A DNA stretch of 42,602 nt from a virus. This document shows positions 25,319-33,315 of the stretch, in pieces (within the stretch, counting starts at the first letter, position 1; each line of letters starts with the position of its first letter). The stretch is from IMG/VR virus record IMGVR_UViG_3300037467_001116. The stretch is one strand, 5' to 3'. The notes beneath the pieces are model-generated. The model saw only the letters and a list, made by a program, of their open reading frames with translations. It searched no databases and was not told where the DNA came from. A program made the translations under genes and the position numbers.

Positions 25319-25492
25319 TTGCCGCCTCCCGCTTTGGGGCGGAACACGCCATTTCGGGAAGGTTAGACAGCTCCGAGCGTTGATTTCCTTGACTAAGCGC
25401 AGTCCCTCTGCCCCTGCCATGTCCGCCGAATAGCGACAGTTTTCCGCCAATTCTCGACGGGTTAGACAATCGCGCTACCCCAAGGTTAGCCA
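25309..25492 (+). promoter_or_regulatory. Candidate attP region with four direct GGTTAG(A/C)CA repeats (arm-type-site candidates)
   Basis: GGTTAGACA at 25309, 25361 and 25460, and GGTTAGCCA at 25484, all in one orientation. They sit in and around the noncoding gap between the int stop and the GIY-YIG start. Confidence 0.45.
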
Positions 25493-26556
25493 ATGTTCGT
25501 CTCCCGTTCCCACTCGATAACCTCGACCAGAGCGCTTTCTGCGAGCGCCTTCTGATTAGCGCCGGCCACGTAAACGGCGACCTCGCGATCCCCTGACCAT
25601 TGGCCGAGCGCCTTGAGTCCCTGCTGCGATACGTGGCGGTCAGCCGCGCGACGGGCCAGCGCCTTCCGCAGCCCGTGCGCCGTGCATTGCGGCAGCCCGG
25701 CGTCGTCGCACCATTCCCTGACCTTGTTCCCGAACCCGCCGACCGTGAACGGCTTGCCGTATTCGGTCACGAGCAGGGTCGTGATGCCCACAGTCGGCAT
25801 GGCGTCTATCGCCGCCTGGAGCTGCGGCGCAACGGGCAAATCCTGATCCTTGCCGGTCTTCTTCGCCGTGAAGGCAATGCGCCCGTTCTTCGGTGGTGCG
25901 GCCCTGTGAGCATCGCTCCGGCGCTTGCCCGTCCACAGGATCAGCTCCATCGCCAGCCTAGCCTTGGTGCCGAGCGGCCAGTAGGCGCGATATTGGGCGA
26001 TCTCTTCCTCAGTCCATTCGTGGAAGCCTACCTTCTTGTGCTTGACGGTCTCGGATTTCTCCACGGGGTTGTCGCTTCGCCATTCCTGGCGCACCGCGAA
26101 GTCGAAGAATATCTCCAACTGCTCGCGGAGCCTCAGCGCCGCATGGGATCCACCGATCCAGCGGCGGCCGACTTTCTTGCGGGTCAGTTTGGCGGCAATG
26201 ATGGCGTCAATGTCCTTCGGACGGAACGCGGCCACGGGATCATCGCCAAACTCTTCGCGGAAGCCCTCTAGCACTCGCCTGCGGGTCGCCTTCCATTCAT
26301 CGCTCCCTTGGCGGAAGCCGACGCTGGCGTAGAACCGCGGCATCAGGTCGCCAACGGTTCCGGGCTTGGCGCGGGGCGTGATGGGGATTGAGCCGAGCGC
26401 CTTCAGCGTGGCCTCTTCGTAAGCCGCCCGATAGTCCTTGCTCGTCGGGTTCGGCAGGTAGCAAGAGAAGCCGTTGCGCCTGAAGCGGAACCGCTCCTTA
26501 TGGTGGCGATCCACGAACGCTGAGACGTAAGGGTCGAGCTTGCGCTTCCTAGCCAT
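25486..26556 (-). CDS. int: Tyrosine recombinase / phage integrase
   Basis: 356 aa. C-terminal catalytic region has R (GKRRSD), HGLRK, and GQW/Y motifs (AHGLRKALARRAAD...LGQWSGDREVAVY). Confidence 0.85.
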   Translation of the reverse strand: MARKRKLDPYVSAFVDRHHKERFRFRRNGFSCYLPNPTSKDYRAAYEEATLKALGSIPITPRAKPGTVGDLMPRFYASVGFRQGSDEWKATRRRVLEGFREEFGDDPVAAFRPKDIDAIIAAKLTRKKVGRRWIGGSHAALRLREQLEIFFDFAVRQEWRSDNPVEKSETVKHKKVGFHEWTEEEIAQYRAYWPLGTKARLAMELILWTGKRRSDAHRAAPPKNGRIAFTAKKTGKDQDLPVAPQLQAAIDAMPTVGITTLLVTEYGKPFTVGGFGNKVREWCDDAGLPQCTAHGLRKALARRAADRHVSQQGLKALGQWSGDREVAVYVAGANQKALAESALVEVIEWERETNIG

Positions 26557-26734
26557 GGTGAAGCCTGTCCAGCGGGTTGGCCCTATCGTTCGCCGCCTCT
26601 TCCGCCGCCGTCAACATCTGCGCTTCGATTTCTCCGGATAACTTGATCGTCGCCCGCACTCGCACGTCCGCCTTCCGAGCCGCCTTGAACAGGCGCTCCA
26701 GGTCGGCTTGCGAGAAGCGGGCGCGGGCGGTCAT
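26549..26734 (-). CDS. Hypothetical protein upstream of int
   Basis: Internal ATG (MTARARFSQADLERLF) with ATGA overlap to the upstream gene, 61 aa. Confidence 0.4.
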   Translation of the reverse strand: MTARARFSQADLERLFKAARKADVRVRATIKLSGEIEAQMLTAAEEAANDRANPLDRLHHG

Positions 26735-27012
26735 CGACGCAGTTGCCCGCAGGTTTCGCATTTGGGCGGCTTGTCTAGGCGGTGATCGCGGCGCCATGCT
26801 TCGATAAGCGCTTGGAGGGCGTAGCCCGTGCTGCCGCTCAGGATGCGGTCGCGGTAGAGGTAGCGATATTGCGGCTTTATCAGCTTTAAGTCGCCAATGA
26901 GTTCCATTGTGACGCGGCGACCATAGGCACGCAGGCAGCGCGAGGGATTGAAGCGGGAACCGGCGAGACGCGCAGCGCCTCGATCCCGAAGGCTATAGAA
27001 CAGCGCTTTCAT
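26731..27012 (-). CDS. Hypothetical protein
   Basis: Internal ATG (MKALFYSL) with ATGA overlap to the HNH gene stop, 93 aa. Confidence 0.45.
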   Translation of the reverse strand: MKALFYSLRDRGAARLAGSRFNPSRCLRAYGRRVTMELIGDLKLIKPQYRYLYRDRILSGSTGYALQALIEAWRRDHRLDKPPKCETCGQLRR

Positions 27013-27521
27013 AGTGATGCCCACCTGCGACCCGACCTGATTTGTCGGACGGTAGCCTCACCTAGGCCCATCTCGCGGGCGAGGCCCCTGTGACTCTTCG
27101 AGGAGGCGCGGATAGCTAGAACTTCAGCTGCCGTCAGTTTGGCACGTGGGTGCCTTTCGCCAGCCTGGTGGGTACCGTGGGCCACCTTGTGAGATGCGTT
27201 CTCGCGAGGGCTGACCCACTTTAGGTTCTCAACGCGATTATCAGTCTTGTCACCATTCAGGTGCGCCACATCGCGGTGCAGGGCGTTCTTTTTGTCGGCA
27301 AGGAACGCGAGCGCCACCAAGCGATGAACCTTGTGGCGCTTTGCCGATCCGTTGTTGGTCAGCAAAACGCAGCGATAGCCGTATCTATCAACCGAGCCGC
27401 GCATGTAACCATCGCCCCGCCTAGCGTGCAGGGAATAGACGCGCCCCAGGCTTGAGACTTGATACAGTCCCTCGTGGCCCGCGACAGGCCGCCACTCCTC
27501 GCGAAGCACGCGCCCAATCAC
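27009..27521 (-). CDS. HNH homing endonuclease (NUMOD4-like N-terminus, C-terminal HTH)
   Basis: EEWRPVAGHEGLYQVSSLGRVYS (NUMOD4-like), HRLVALAF...HLNGDKTDNRVENLKW (HNH), and C-terminal GLAREMGLGEATVRQI. GTGA-coupled GTG start. Confidence 0.7.
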   Translation of the reverse strand: MIGRVLREEWRPVAGHEGLYQVSSLGRVYSLHARRGDGYMRGSVDRYGYRCVLLTNNGSAKRHKVHRLVALAFLADKKNALHRDVAHLNGDKTDNRVENLKWVSPRENASHKVAHGTHQAGERHPRAKLTAAEVLAIRASSKSHRGLAREMGLGEATVRQIRSGRRWASL

Positions 27522-27616
27522 CGCCACCGCCACATTGGAGGCATACCGCAGCCGATGCACACGATGCTGACCAGCAGGCAGCCAATCGCGCCGGCGAGAT
27601 GATCGAGGAGTTTCAT
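27518..27616 (-). CDS. 32-aa membrane peptide (micro-ORF)
   Basis: MKLLDHLAGAIGCLLVSIVCIGCGMPPMWRWR. ATGA overlap upstream and GTGA overlap downstream. Confidence 0.3.
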   Translation of the reverse strand: MKLLDHLAGAIGCLLVSIVCIGCGMPPMWRWR

Positions 27617-27771
27617 CGGGATAGTGCCCGTAAGGCTGCTGCGCGGCACTTCCGGCCTTCCGCAAGAGCCCGCAGCTGGGCCAAACGCATCATCGCTAAG
27701 AGGATAGCCAGCGGCACAAACACTAGCGCCATGCCGCCTGCGATCATCAGCCATTCGTCAAACGTCGGCAC
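27613..27771 (-). CDS. 52-aa membrane peptide (micro-ORF)
   Basis: GTG 7 nt after GGAG. A TM helix (MIAGGMALVFVPLAILLAMM) followed by a basic tail. Confidence 0.35.
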   Translation of the reverse strand: MPTFDEWLMIAGGMALVFVPLAILLAMMRLAQLRALAEGRKCRAAALRALSR

Positions 27772-27925
27772 AGTCAGTCTCCGCCCAGTAGAGATGCCCG
27801 CAGTTCGGGCAGCCGTTGCGTGTGTCGCCCTGAAACTGCGGCTGCGTCAGCTTTGCCCATCGGCCGGGGAAGTCCTGCCAGCGCGCCTTGCAGCGCCAGC
27901 ACTCGCAGTTCTTGAGCCGGGGCAT
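27758..27925 (-). CDS. 55-aa zinc-ribbon protein (micro-ORF)
   Basis: MPRLKNCECWRCKARW...NGCPNCGHLYW has paired CxxC motifs. Much higher third-position G+C than the alternative overlapping frame. Confidence 0.5.
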   Translation of the reverse strand: MPRLKNCECWRCKARWQDFPGRWAKLTQPQFQGDTRNGCPNCGHLYWAETDCADV

Positions 27926-28090
27926 TCATGCCGCCTCCGCTTCGTCGGATGGCTTGATCGGCTTGCCGGGACGATTGACGACCGAGACCTTCTGGAATTG
28001 ATAACGGTCGCCGTGAATCTCGACCATCAGCAGACCGCCGCTAAGCACCGCTTGCTTGACGTGCTGCGGATCGATGAAGAACCGGATCAC
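27926..28090 (-). CDS. 54-aa hypothetical protein (micro-ORF)
   Basis: GTG after GGGAGG. VIRFFIDPQHVKQAVLSGGLLMVEIHGDRYQFQKV... Strong codon bias. Confidence 0.45.
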   Translation of the reverse strand: MIRFFIDPQHVKQAVLSGGLLMVEIHGDRYQFQKVSVVNRPGKPIKPSDEAEAA

Positions 28091-28221
28091 CCCCGCCTCC
28101 CTTGTTTCTCCAGAATACGATCCGCCAGTTCCGTGGACTGCTCATAGGTCAGCCGGTAATCCTGGCTTAGGCGGTCGGCTATTCTCTGGCGCTCGACGCG
28201 GTGGTTGGTCTGAGTGGTCAT
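28087..28221 (-). CDS. 44-aa hypothetical protein (micro-ORF)
   Basis: MTTQTNHRVERQRIADRLSQDYRLTYEQSTELADRILEKQGRRG. ATGA and GTGA overlaps on either side. Confidence 0.4.
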   Translation of the reverse strand: MTTQTNHRVERQRIADRLSQDYRLTYEQSTELADRILEKQGRRG

Positions 28222-28322
28222 GGGCACCACGCATTCAAAAAGATCGCGGCCTGAAAACCGACGATGCTCCCTAGAATGAACGCGAGAACCATCAGCGTTC
28301 CGTCAGCTAGAAGCCGCCTCAT
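28218..28322 (-). CDS. 34-aa membrane peptide (micro-ORF)
   Basis: MRRLLADGTLMVLAFILGSIVGFQAAIFLNAWCP. ATGA overlaps on both sides. Confidence 0.35.
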   Translation of the reverse strand: MRRLLADGTLMVLAFILGSIVGFQAAIFLNAWCP

Positions 28323-28534
28323 CCCCTCCTCCGATCACTCTGACGGTCAGGGTTGGGCGATGGCTGCTCGATCAGAATAACCACCGCGATCAGCGGCCAC
28401 ACGGCGCAGCACAACAGCGCGGGAATTATCACTCCGCTGTCATGGGTTGTGCCCACTGTCCAACCGAACGCCAAGGCCACGCCAGAGACGGTGACCGCTA
28501 GGCCGATGAGGTAGACGGCGAGCACGACGCTCAT
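28319..28534 (-). CDS. Small membrane protein
   Basis: 71 aa with two hydrophobic helices. Coupled to its neighbours. Confidence 0.55.
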   Translation of the reverse strand: MSVVLAVYLIGLAVTVSGVALAFGWTVGTTHDSGVIIPALLCCAVWPLIAVVILIEQPSPNPDRQSDRRRG

Positions 28535-28755
28535 GCCTCACCGCCTCGCTGATCTTCGTCGATAACCATCAGCCCGCCGCGCGTGTTTTCGAGGCGCGTC
28601 CAAGTGCGCTTGTCCTGCGGTGTGAGATAGTCGTTATAGGCCGTTTCATCGCCTTGGTATGTGTTCGCTCCGTCACTGACGAGTCCGCGAATCAAAGCAA
28701 ACTCGGCATCCGTCATGGCAATGCGGTAGCCCTTCTTGAGGCGCGTGACTTTCAT
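28531..28755 (-). CDS. Hypothetical protein
   Basis: 74-aa ORF with ATGA overlaps. Confidence 0.55.
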   Translation of the reverse strand: MKVTRLKKGYRIAMTDAEFALIRGLVSDGANTYQGDETAYNDYLTPQDKRTWTRLENTRGGLMVIDEDQRGGEA

Positions 28756-29606
28756 GCGTCACCGCCGATCTTGGCGAGGAGGGCGTCGGCTCTTTCGAAG
28801 TCAGCCCGATCAGCGCTAGGCCGCAGGACGGCATACAGCGCCTCCACAAGCTCCGCATGATGGGATGCTTCGAGGGCGGCGTAATATCCTGCGGCAAACG
28901 CTTCGAACGTCAGATTCGGTCTATGGCGCGGATCGCCCTCTCGGCAAATGCTATTCCACCACGCCTTTCGTCGCGCCCTTAGATCAAGCTCATCGCAATC
29001 CTCGGCGAGGTAGTTGCGCTTCGTCCGCTCCACCAGCGGCGTGGGTTCGGCAGGAAGATGGGCCGGATCGGCTGGTATTGTGGTTGCGGGCTTCGTATCG
29101 TCAGCCCCTACCCCCTTGGTGGAGGAGAGGGCGTCCATGCCGCGCAATTCTAGTGCATAGATGAGCGTCGAGAGCTTACACCCCGCCCGAATTGTCGTGG
29201 CTGGAGGCACCTGAACGTCGCACGGCAGCAGCGCCTCCGTTACCTGACCTTCAGGCACGACATGGCTTAGCCGCACACCGGCCTTTTCCGCCGCAGCGAC
29301 AATCCGGTCGGCATTGGCGAACATTTCATCAGCGCCGAACAGGGCACTGGCGAGCGCCATGGCTGGCGAGCAAACGGCGGTCATGCCGTCTCTCCGCGAG
29401 CTTCCGCAAAGCGCGGCGCGCAGACCGATGATTTCCCGTTCGGCCATGCAAAGCGCTTCGGTCAGAACATCGTCCTCGGATGGCTTTCCGCCGAGTTTCT
29501 GCCAAGCAGCCGCTTTCCGTGCGAGAGCGGCCAGCGCAACCTCGTCACTGGATGCGTTCCGACTTGCGGCTGTAGCAGTCGGCCCCGGAGTGAACCCCGC
29601 ATTCAT
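28752..29606 (-). CDS. Hypothetical early protein
   Basis: 284-aa ORF. Its C-terminal LEASHHAELVEAL motif is shared with 29761..30579. Confidence 0.6.
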   Translation of the reverse strand: MNAGFTPGPTATAASRNASSDEVALAALARKAAAWQKLGGKPSEDDVLTEALCMAEREIIGLRAALCGSSRRDGMTAVCSPAMALASALFGADEMFANADRIVAAAEKAGVRLSHVVPEGQVTEALLPCDVQVPPATTIRAGCKLSTLIYALELRGMDALSSTKGVGADDTKPATTIPADPAHLPAEPTPLVERTKRNYLAEDCDELDLRARRKAWWNSICREGDPRHRPNLTFEAFAAGYYAALEASHHAELVEALYAVLRPSADRADFERADALLAKIGGDA

Positions 29607-29764
29607 GTGTTCCGGTCCTCTTCATTGGGCAGCGCTTCGAGCAGCCGTGCCGTGTGTTCCACGATGGTCCGAAGCTCCTGCCTGATCGTCGCGATTGGAA
29701 CGGCCGGGTCGACGTGGCGCATGTAGAGCGCGTCTATGGCGGCGGTGATTTGGTCGAGGGTCAT
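29603..29764 (-). CDS. 53-aa hypothetical protein
   Basis: MTLDQITAAIDALYMRHVDPAVPIATIRQELRTIVEH... ATGA overlaps on both sides. Below the track cutoff. Confidence 0.45.
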   Translation of the reverse strand: MTLDQITAAIDALYMRHVDPAVPIATIRQELRTIVEHTARLLEALPNEEDRNT

Positions 29765-30579
29765 TCTGCGCCGCCGATCAGAGCAAGGGCCGAGCCGACC
29801 TTGCTACTTGCTTCGTCCACGAACTCTATGTCGGTGACGTTGCCAAACTCGTTGATGTTATCGATCAAGCGCTTCGCTGACCGCGCGGCCTCCACTAACT
29901 CTGCATAGTGGCAAGCTTCGAGGGCGAGCGCTCTGTTGTGGGCCACGAGAGCGTTTTCATTCTCGATTTGAAGATCGAGAGCACACGATAACTGGCGGCG
30001 CTCATCTACAAGGTTAGAAATGTTGCGCTCGACGATGACGCGAAGTTCATCAGCAGAGACGCACATGGCCTCGCCTTCGGTGTAATCATCGCCCGGAAGT
30101 TCCGCGACATCACGCACGATGCCAGAGACAACCCGCTCCACCATTGCGCCGCTATCTGGCTTAATGGGGTCAGGTGCCTGACCTTCAGGTGCGACCGGCC
30201 ATGCTTCTTTGCCAACCTCGGACTCAAGCCACTCGATTTCCTCGGCGCTACGCTCAGGTGCCGCCTCTTGTGGTGATAGGGCGGCTTTGACTTTGCCGAG
30301 TGCGAAGTCGGCTCGGCGCACCAAGGCGCTGACGGCATCCGTGTCTGGCAAATCCTCCTGCTCGACCAGCAGTTGAAGCACTGTCGCAGTTTCGACTAAC
30401 GCCTCCCGCAGCGCCGAGCTAACCCCGCCTTCAGGTGAGGTGGATTGCCGCAGTCGTTGGATTTCGTCCAACAGTTCACCGAACTCTTCAGGGCAATACT
30501 CGTCGATTGCGCTCGTCATGAAACGCCGCTCGAACTTGGCGCGCATTTCTTCGATCTGCTCGTCAGTTATGTGTGTCAT
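29761..30579 (-). CDS. Hypothetical early protein (coiled-coil)
   Basis: Start taken at the internal ATG (MTHITDEQIEEM), 272 aa. Confidence 0.55.
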   Translation of the reverse strand: MTHITDEQIEEMRAKFERRFMTSAIDEYCPEEFGELLDEIQRLRQSTSPEGGVSSALREALVETATVLQLLVEQEDLPDTDAVSALVRRADFALGKVKAALSPQEAAPERSAEEIEWLESEVGKEAWPVAPEGQAPDPIKPDSGAMVERVVSGIVRDVAELPGDDYTEGEAMCVSADELRVIVERNISNLVDERRQLSCALDLQIENENALVAHNRALALEACHYAELVEAARSAKRLIDNINEFGNVTDIEFVDEASSKVGSALALIGGAE

Positions 30580-31174
30580 GGGGTTGCCTTGGGTGGGTGA
30601 TTGGGGGTGTTGGGCGATGCTCGCGATAAAATTGCGCGCTTCGGATTGCCCTGCATGTGGCGCACTGCCGGGCGCCATTGACCGCATAAACGTAGACGTT
30701 GTCCGGTGTCAGAGCGTGACCGTGGACGCAATGAGAGCGGCGGCGATCCTTCGTAGATCGTCCCTTCCGAACCATATCATCTGCGTTGTCTTGCTTGCTT
30801 CCGACAAACAGGTGTGCCGGGTTAACGCATTCGGGGTTATCGCAGCTGTGGCATGCCAGCATCCCAGGCGGGAAGTCTGCACCGTGGTGCATTTCCCATG
30901 AGATGTGCGTGGCCGCGCGCACCTTCCCATTGTGCCCGATCCTGCCATATCCATCTACGGTTTTAGAACCCAGCCAAGTCCAGCAATCGTCCCGACCGCG
31001 GCGTTCGACCTTTTCCCAAAACCTTTCTTCGAGCGACCTAGGCTTAGGTCGAGTCTGACCAAGTTGAGAGATGTTGAAGCAGTGCCTTGAGCAATACCGC
31101 CCCCGCCCCTCTCGTATACGGTAGGGCCAAGTCTGGAAGTCTCGGCCGCACTGATGGCAAGTGGCCGGTATCAT
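30563..31174 (-). CDS. HNH endonuclease (zinc-finger type)
   Basis: CWTWLGSKTVDGYGRI...ACHSCDNPECVNPAHLFVGSKQDNADDM is a typical HNH homing-endonuclease core. N-terminal CxxC...CxxxC. Confidence 0.7.
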   Translation of the reverse strand: MIPATCHQCGRDFQTWPYRIREGRGRYCSRHCFNISQLGQTRPKPRSLEERFWEKVERRGRDDCWTWLGSKTVDGYGRIGHNGKVRAATHISWEMHHGADFPPGMLACHSCDNPECVNPAHLFVGSKQDNADDMVRKGRSTKDRRRSHCVHGHALTPDNVYVYAVNGARQCATCRAIRSAQFYREHRPTPPITHPRQPHDTHN

Positions 31175-31353
31175 CGGACCTCCACCAGCTTGCCAAGCAC
31201 AAACTCGAATGTGCCGACCGGCTTTTCGAGCGGAACAAACTTACTCGGGCTTTCCAGTCCTACATTTCGTGTAAGACCGATAAACCTATCGCTGCCGTAG
31301 ATCCGCTCAGGAGGACGGCTTGCGACCAGTTTGAGTGCGGTGTTGCGTTTCAT
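31171..31353 (-). CDS. Hypothetical protein
   Basis: Internal ATG (MKRNTALKLV), 60 aa. ATGA overlap with the downstream HNH gene. Confidence 0.45.
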   Translation of the reverse strand: MKRNTALKLVASRPPERIYGSDRFIGLTRNVGLESPSKFVPLEKPVGTFEFVLGKLVEVR

Positions 31354-31358
31354 GGCAT

Positions 31359-31694
31359 CTACCTCAGGTTCATCTTCGCTCGTTCGGTCGCGTTGGCGGT
31401 GCGCCAGGCATCGAACCGCATCCGCTTCGCCTCGGCCTGAGCCTTCAGCGTCTCGGAGTCGTAAGCGGCCAGCTCCCAATCGACGCACGCGGCCTCATAA
31501 ACGGGGTCGGCCTCGGCCATCTGCTCGCTCTCGCCGATGCCGCGCCCTTCCCCTTTGTATTTGACGAATAGCGCAGCCCGGACGCGTTTCCTCCGGAGGT
31601 CCGCGGCCTCGGCGGCCACCTTGGCCTTGCCGGCCCGCACGAACAGTTCCTCGGCGTCGTGGATCGCCACGTCGATGTTGGTCATCGCGTTCAT
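31359..31694 (-). CDS. Hypothetical coiled-coil protein
   Basis: Internal ATG (MNAMTNIDV) with ATGA overlap to the upstream stop, 111 aa. Confidence 0.5.
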   Translation of the reverse strand: MNAMTNIDVAIHDAEELFVRAGKAKVAAEAADLRRKRVRAALFVKYKGEGRGIGESEQMAEADPVYEAACVDWELAAYDSETLKAQAEAKRMRFDAWRTANATERAKMNLR

Positions 31695-32017
31695 GCGGCT
31701 CGCCTTTCTAGTTCCATGCTTTCGTTCCAAAGCCGGTCGGCTTCCGCGAGAAGGTCGATGCCGTATTTGTTGAAGAACCCGGCGTGACCCAGGGCTTCGA
31801 CCGAGTGATCCCAGCCACCTTCGGCGCCGCAACGGTGGTGCTTAGGGCACAGGCCCACGACCCGCTCATCCGAGCGCGTGATGCGCCCCATCCTGTCCGC
31901 ATATCCGGTGACGTGGTGAATCTCGCACGGTGCCCCGCACACGACGCAGCCCTTGTCGGCTACGCGCGTGAAGTGCCGCTGGATCGTCACCGGGCGATAT
32001 GTGGACTTGCGGGCCAT
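31691..32017 (-). CDS. Ref-like (recombination enhancement, HNH-type) nuclease
   Basis: CVVCGAPCEIHHV...GLCPKHHR pattern as in the P1 Ref/DUF968-type family. Adjacent to the annealase and SSB-like genes. Confidence 0.55.
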   Translation of the reverse strand: MARKSTYRPVTIQRHFTRVADKGCVVCGAPCEIHHVTGYADRMGRITRSDERVVGLCPKHHRCGAEGGWDHSVEALGHAGFFNKYGIDLLAEADRLWNESMELERRAA

Positions 32018-32018
32018 G

Positions 32019-32279
32019 CTAAAAAGGGGCGTCCTCGGCGTCGCCAGAATAGGCTGGCTGCGACCGCTGCTGCGTCGTGCCATTGTTGCGCGGTTGTTCA
32101 CGCTCGCGCGGCTCAAACAGGTTGGCCACGCACCGGCCTTCGCTGTCGGTCAGCGGCAGGGCGTCGAACACAAGCTGGATGCCGCCGTTGTCGTTAAACC
32201 AGGCGGTGCCGATATTCGTCCAGAAGGTCTTGCCGTCCTTCCCCTTGCGAGGGGTGGCGATGTTCATTCTCTTGCTCAT
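32019..32279 (-). CDS. Short SSB-like protein with an acidic ...DAPF C-terminal tip
   Basis: 86 aa. Beta-rich N-terminus (FWTNIGTAWFNDNGGIQLVFDALPL), a disordered linker, and a C-terminal GDAEDAPF that resembles the bacterial SSB tip DDDIPF. Confidence 0.45.
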   Translation of the reverse strand: MSKRMNIATPRKGKDGKTFWTNIGTAWFNDNGGIQLVFDALPLTDSEGRCVANLFEPREREQPRNNGTTQQRSQPAYSGDAEDAPF

Positions 32280-33100
32280 CGAATGCTCTCCAGTTCTTCC
32301 AATTCACGGCGCTTGTTCGCCACGCGGATTGCGAGCGGGATGAACTCCGCCGGCATGTCTTCACCGCCAAGCCACCAACTCGGCATGTCGCGCTCGATCT
32401 GAGCGGCGAACTCCTTGAAGTCGGCGGTTGCTTCCCACGCCAGCAGCTCGCCCATATCGCCCATGTTTTCGAGCGTGGCGGCAAATGCCTTGGCAGCGGC
32501 TTTCAGGGCCGTGGCGGACGTATAGGGTCCGTCGAGCGGAACGCGCTTGGCGGGTGGCGTCTCGTCCGTCTTCGGGCGGAACTCCTGCTCCATTTCGCGG
32601 ACGTATTTGCTGTCGTCGAACAGCCCCATGTGAACGTCCGCGCCGACGCCAACGAACTTGAAGGCGTTGCCGAGCGCGTCGGTGAAGGCCTTCTTAAACG
32701 CCTCGTCATCGCAGAACGCGCCGCTCTGACGCTGGGCCACAACCTTGTCGCCGCCGACGCCGTAAACGAAGTGCTGCTTGCCGCCGTCCATGAACCATGC
32801 GGTTGCCGTGCAATAGACGAGCGTGTCTGTCGCGGTCGGGATGACCTGGAACTCGGGGCGCTCAAAGCCCCAACCGATGCCGCACGGGCCGAATAGCTCG
32901 GTCAGCCGCTGGGTAATCCAGATCGGCTTGATGGCCGTTCCCTTGAAGCCGCCGGCTCGCGAGAATTGCTTGGTATGCGAGGGGTCGGTCTTGCCGAGCG
33001 CCGTCCAGATGCGAAGGTTGTCCTCGCGGCGCTTGTCCATCGCCTCGATCTTTTCGCCGACCGTTTCAGCGGCTACCGGCTTCTTGCTTGGGGCGTTCAC
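32276..33100 (-). CDS. Single-strand annealing protein, Rad52/Sak-like
   Basis: GFKGTAIKPIWITQRLTELFGPCGIGWGFE and AFKKAFTDALGNAFKFVGVGADV resemble Rad52-type annealase motifs. Confidence 0.55.
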   Translation of the reverse strand: MNAPSKKPVAAETVGEKIEAMDKRREDNLRIWTALGKTDPSHTKQFSRAGGFKGTAIKPIWITQRLTELFGPCGIGWGFERPEFQVIPTATDTLVYCTATAWFMDGGKQHFVYGVGGDKVVAQRQSGAFCDDEAFKKAFTDALGNAFKFVGVGADVHMGLFDDSKYVREMEQEFRPKTDETPPAKRVPLDGPYTSATALKAAAKAFAATLENMGDMGELLAWEATADFKEFAAQIERDMPSWWLGGEDMPAEFIPLAIRVANKRRELEELESIR

Positions 33101-33315
33101 GAATTGCTGGCGGACGGCTTATTAGGCGCGTCCGCCTCCCTGGTGTTCGGTTGCGAAAGCGATGGAAGCCCGGAGGGGCTAGACACCGAAGAGTGGCTAG
33201 ACGGCGAAGCCGCGACAGCGCGGCGCGAAGCGTTCGCCCAAATGAGGTCGCAGAAGTCAGCTACATCACTGCCCCTCACACTCTCCCCCAAATCATATTG
33301 GAAAGGGTTACGCAT
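33097..33315 (-). CDS. Hypothetical protein
   Basis: Internal ATG (MRNPFQYDL), 72 aa, S/P-rich tail. Confidence 0.4.
   Translation of the reverse strand: MRNPFQYDLGESVRGSDVADFCDLIWANASRRAVAASPSSHSSVSSPSGLPSLSQPNTREADAPNKPSASNS

Noticed and set aside
27452-28147. 231-aa + strand ORF from the track
   Set aside because: It has poor third-position G+C bias and a Pro/Arg/Ala-rich low-complexity translation. The opposite strand holds a coherent chain of coupled small ORFs plus the 5' end of an HNH gene. Judged to be an antisense shadow ORF.
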